The translations under genes were made by a program, and so were the position numbers. A stretch of 64,000 nucleotides of DNA, taken from NCBI GenBank assembly GCA_965262915.1, contig OZ253564.1, positions 1,056,001 to 1,120,000 of the forward strand. The letters are read 5' to 3'. Source of the DNA: Candidatus Spongiisociaceae bacterium (GTDB lineage Bacteria; Actinomycetota; Acidimicrobiia; Spongiisociales; Spongiisociaceae). The number at the start of each line of letters is the position of its first letter. Positions within the stretch are counted from its first letter, which is position 1. The notes under the pieces are model-generated. The model saw only the letters and a program-made list of their open reading frames with translations, was not told the origin of the DNA and did no database searches. This document shows, piece after piece, positions 60,310 through 64,000 of this stretch.

Positions 60310-60780
60310 TGTAGCCACGGTCAGTTGGAGGAGATCGGCGATGGTCATGTCGTGGTAGCGGTGTTCGAGGACTTCATTGCGGTAGTGCCTCTCCCGGCAC
60401 ATGGAGCACTCGAGCCGGACATCGTCGATGAAGGAGAGTTCCATCTCGACATGGCCTTCGCCGCCACATTCGGAGCAGGAGCCTCTCGAGTAGCAGTTGA
60501 AGAGGGACGGGCTGACCCCGTTGGCATCAGCGAAGGCTTGGCGGATGGCATCGAAGATACCGATGTAGGTGGCGGGGTTGGAGCGCGAACTGCGTCCAAC
60601 GGGTTTCTGGTCTACAAAGACGACCCTGCTGCCACCGTCCCCGACGTTGTTGATGAACTCGGCGACGAGGCTGCTCTTTCCTGAACCGGCGACACCGGTG
60701 ACACAGGTCAGCACGCCTCTGGGGATCTCGACCGACACGTTTCGCAGTTTGTTGCGGCTGGCGTTGAGGCGGAGATAGCC
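60310..60780 (-). pseudogene. Internal fragment of UvrA-like (DrrC-type) ABC ATPase
   Basis: LRNVSVEIPRGVLTCVTGVAGSGKSSL, RSNPATY, CSECGG...CSMC zinc finger, TIADLLQLTV. Confidence 0.85.
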
Positions 60781-60814
60781 GACAACCACATGGGCAAGCA
60801 GTCGGAGGCCCGAA

Positions 60815-60960
60815 ACCGATCTGGTTGCGCATGAGAGCCAGCAGCGGGGACATCAGCATCGTCGGTCCGGCACGGTCATCGCGCAGCAGCCGGGTAGCGA
60901 TGAAATAGACCGCGCTCTTCCCCCATCCGGTTCGCTGTACCAGCAGTACCCCCCGGGTGG
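60815..60960 (-). pseudogene. recQ: RecQ-family helicase fragment
   Basis: LLVQRTGWGKSAVYFIATRLLR...SPLLALMRNQI. Confidence 0.8.
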
Positions 60961-61016
60961 TTCGGAGGCTCTGGTGACGACAGAGGGTTGGGTGGCCGGT
61001 CGGCTGTACCGGTAGC

Positions 61017-61355
61017 ATGCGTGCGGTGATGAGTTCGTCTGGTTCAGCCCGTCCAACTGCCTGGTACCGGCCGGTAGCCGTTCCCGAAGATGTTGACGCC
61101 CCTTGGGTGGTCAAAGCGAGCGGGCGCATCGAGTTGCCGTCCCATGTTCGCTGGAGCGGTGATCGGGTGTACGACCTCGACGACGTGGCGGACCGCATGT
61201 CCGTGTACAAGCAGGTGCTGTCACATGGCGTTGCCGAGGATGTCTGCCGGTTCATCCGGGTCGAGGAGCTCGCTCGTTTGTGGGGCCAGATGATCTTGCC
61301 CTCGTATGTGAGAGACGTGTGGGGGCCATGGTTACACCAGCGCGGTCTTCTATAG
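61017..61355 (+). CDS. Hypothetical protein resembling actinobacterial partners of AbiEii-type nucleotidyltransferase toxins
   Basis: GRIELPSHVRWSG...YDLDD...YKQVL..G...LWGQMILP..VRDVW; partner gene not seen. Confidence 0.55.
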   Translation: MRAVMSSSGSARPTAWYRPVAVPEDVDAPWVVKASGRIELPSHVRWSGDRVYDLDDVADRMSVYKQVLSHGVAEDVCRFIRVEELARLWGQMILPSYVRDVWGPWLHQRGLL

Positions 61356-62008
61356 AGGAACGGTATGCTGTCGCCCTTGCAGCGTCGCCTGCGGCGGACC
61401 ATCCGAAACTGCATCCCGGACAGTTGCTGTACTCGCTGGGCGTATTCCACACTCTGCCCAGAGGCGACTTCGGTCTGAGCGACCTCGAATGGCAGCAGCT
61501 ACGAACACAGATCAACACCTGGTGAAACGAACTGGAGTGGCTCAGCGCCGAAGATGATCGGCCCGACCCGACGAGGTGTCCCGAACTCGGCTGGTGAGAC
61601 CGACCGTGTGGGAGGATCGCACGGTTCCGATCCCCGCACGGGCTCCCGCGTAGACAGCTCCGACGCATGCGTAGGCAGCTCCACCGCCCAGCAATCCCAG
61701 AGCCCTCGGCTCACCCTCGACATAGAGATCGTCGACCATGTGGTCGGAGAAGATGTCTCCCCACCAAGCGACGCTGCGGTTGCCGGTCGGGATGATGGGG
61801 CCTTTCTGGTATCGGTGGGAGATGACCCCCTACCAGCGGGGACGAACGATGGCTTACCGCGAACTTCGCGATGAGTGGCTGCTGATGGTGCTGTGGATCG
61901 CGAGGCGGGACGAGGGCACGTATTGCGAATTGCGATCAGCCGGATCCAGGCGACATACAGCCACCGGCCGGAGTTTCTCGAGGGTTGCGTCGGCGGCCAC
62001 GGTACGGC

Positions 62009-62255
62009 TTAGCGAGCAGGGAGTTCGAGTTCAACGTATCGGGAGAAGTCCTGTCCTGAATGACGGTCTCCAAAGTGACTGATATCTATTTCAAGACTGA
62101 TTACATCCTTGTCTGGTCGATATCTGAAGGTATCGCTTTCTAGAGTACCTGGCGGACACCTGAGCCAGATCAAGCCGCCGTCCCCCCTCTTGAGGACAAT
62201 GTGCAGGCGGTTGTCAACCATCTTCCGGGGTATATGCAGCCACCAGACTGGCACC
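62009..62255 (-). pseudogene. 3' part of a 114-aa hypothetical gene interrupted by ISL3
   Basis: Rejoins in frame with 63697-63794 after removing the IS and one TSD copy. Confidence 0.75.
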
Positions 62256-62263
62256 GTTTTGTT

Positions 62264-63696
62264 GGCTCATCGGATTTCAGTGGGGAGTGACCGATGGGAG
62301 TAGGTCCCAGTTGGGTTTCCCCGCGTAGAGAAGGGCGCGGATTCGGTAGTTCGCGAAGTTGCGGAACCCGAACGCTGCTCGTTTGATCCGTTTGATGAGG
62401 TTGTTGAGGGCTTCGGTGGGTCCGTTGGTTACCTTCGAGATGTGCCAGTTGGTGATCTGGGGGGTCCAGCGGGCGATGGTACGACCCAGCTTGTTGATCT
62501 CGGGTGGGCAGGATTCGTGTTGGAGGTCGTCTGCGAGCTGGAGGGTGTATCGGAGAGCAAGGACCGGACTCTCGATCCCGTAGATGCCTCGTACCGTCTC
62601 TTTCGCGTGCCAGGCTGTGCGCACTTCCCCGTAGGGGTCACCAGCATCGAGGAGACCACGCAGCCGTATTTGACCCCGGTCGCTGATCCTCTCATGCGCA
62701 GCGGTTAGGAGCCGCCGTATCCGATACAGCGGGTCATCCTTGCGGCCTCGATGCCCGAGGGTTTCGTTTTGGACTCTTCGTCGTACCTCGTCGAGACGCT
62801 GGTTGGCGAGGCGGATGACGTGGAACGGGTCCGCTACCTGCAGCGCGTGCGGCAGCACCCTGTCATACGCCTTCCGATACGAACCGGACATGTCCAACAC
62901 CGCCCAGCGGATAGCCTCACACCATTCGGTGGGTTGTGACCGGAACCAGGCTGCGGCGCTTTCTGCTGTTCTACCAGGGACTATGTCGATCAGCTGGTGG
63001 CCGCCAACGTCGACGACAGAGGTGCACCAGACTTTGGTACGCCAACGGCCCCGACGCCAGAACAACGTCTCGTCCACTCCCACAGCTTCGACGGTCCCGA
63101 CCCGATCGGTGTCTGCTTCCAGCAGCGCTTCGCCCCAGCGGCCAACCTCTTTGTTCACCGTATGCCAATCACAACCAAGTTCTGCGGCGACCTCGTCGAC
63201 CGAACGGCCCCGCCCACCCACCTGGATGGTCACCCACCGGGCCGCTCGGGATGTCAACAACGCCCGTTGGGGACCAATCTTGGGGTCTTGTTCGATGAAC
63301 GATCTGAGCGCACAGTCGGGGTTCGGACATGTCCAGCGCCGTTTCCGCCACCGCAGCCGCACAGGCCGGCCGAACGCCGGTAAATCCACCAACACAACCG
63401 TCCGATAGCCCTTCGACCACACCGACCCGCCACAGGACTCACACAACGGCCGGGGCTTGCGGGACCGGATCACCACCTCCAACGGTGCCTCCTCGCCCGG
63501 GTCGTTGATCCCTACCAGATCAACCTCACCTAGGCCTACCAACTTCTCGCACATGCGCGTAGGATCAGCTTCCACAGGGGTCCTCCTGCCTCGGATGTCA
63601 TTACCAACACCCGATTATGGAGGACCCCTCCTCACTTCTGGTGGATTCCAACTCCCCCTGGCAGATCCCCTACTCCCCACTCATTTCCGAAGAGCC
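62264..63696 (-). mobile_element. Complete ISL3-family element
   Basis: 25-bp imperfect IRs GGCTCATCGGATTTCAGTGGGGAGT / GGCTCTTCGGAAATGAGTGGGGAGT; 8-bp TSD GTTTTGTT (62256-62263, 63697-63704). Confidence 0.93.
62277..63575 (-). CDS. ISL3-family transposase
   Basis: CESC...C zinc finger, GVDE, VLDMS, DPFHVI, TNGPTEALNNLIKRIKRAAFGFRN. Confidence 0.95.
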   Translation of the reverse strand: MEADPTRMCEKLVGLGEVDLVGINDPGEEAPLEVVIRSRKPRPLCESCGGSVWSKGYRTVVLVDLPAFGRPVRLRWRKRRWTCPNPDCALRSFIEQDPKIGPQRALLTSRAARWVTIQVGGRGRSVDEVAAELGCDWHTVNKEVGRWGEALLEADTDRVGTVEAVGVDETLFWRRGRWRTKVWCTSVVDVGGHQLIDIVPGRTAESAAAWFRSQPTEWCEAIRWAVLDMSGSYRKAYDRVLPHALQVADPFHVIRLANQRLDEVRRRVQNETLGHRGRKDDPLYRIRRLLTAAHERISDRGQIRLRGLLDAGDPYGEVRTAWHAKETVRGIYGIESPVLALRYTLQLADDLQHESCPPEINKLGRTIARWTPQITNWHISKVTNGPTEALNNLIKRIKRAAFGFRNFANYRIRALLYAGKPNWDLLPSVTPH

Positions 63697-63794
63697 GTTT
63701 TGTTGACGTTAGCGAAACGAGTGTTCCGATGGTTCAGCAACGCGTAGCCGATATGAGCATTGACGCGTGCTATTGCTTCCTGTTTCTCTGACAT
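63697..63794 (-). pseudogene. 5' part of the ISL3-interrupted hypothetical gene
   Basis: MSEKQEAIARVNAHIGYALLNHRNTRFANVNK, with AAGGAAGG upstream. Confidence 0.7.
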
Positions 63795-64000
63795 CGTATA
63801 TCGAAACCTTCCTTGTTCGGTCATAGCTTGTTATCTCAGGGTACTGCTTGGGGGGCGGTCCGTCTCATATCGTCGGGTGCCGAACAGGCGCAGGCGGGGC
63901 CGGGTCGAGTTCGAGACGTTCTTCGATGATCTTCTGGGGAACCACGGCTAATCGCTGTCTCGTCCGGAACACGTGACATGCATGAGCGGTGCTTCCAGCG

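Overview
High-GC bacterial chromosomal window, probably an actinobacterium of the Acidimicrobiia type (inference from the SpoIID+SLH protein, the lipoprotein solute-binding protein with an Ala/Thr/Glu linker, and IS1380/ISL3/IS30 content). About two thirds of it is intact catabolic operons: (i) family-5 ABC importer + CoxMSL-like molybdenum hydroxylase + a fold-type-I PLP enzyme with the alpha-amino-epsilon-caprolactam racemase signature; (ii) deacetylase/PhyH dioxygenase/amidohydrolase/cupin/MDR reductase/free lipoyl carrier/E1alpha/E1beta with no E2 or E3; (iii) NicX-like dioxygenase with amidohydrolase, amidase and hydrolase; (iv) proline racemase/P5C dehydrogenase/FAD amine oxidase; (v) an acyl-CoA ligase/LLM/SDR/amidase/crotonase/MaoC operon; plus an orphan Rieske oxygenase. 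Between them lie many toxin-antitoxin modules, two complete IS elements with target-site duplications (IS1380, ISL3), a dispersed ~80-100 bp palindromic MITE-like repeat (3 copies), a tRNA 3'-end remnant, a heptamer tandem array and many short gene fragments (hsdR, DUF1156, uvrA-like, recQ, IS30, ISL3). No CRISPR array, rRNA or complete tRNA was seen. All protein calls come from motif recognition by eye, not from database searches, and all substrates are inference.
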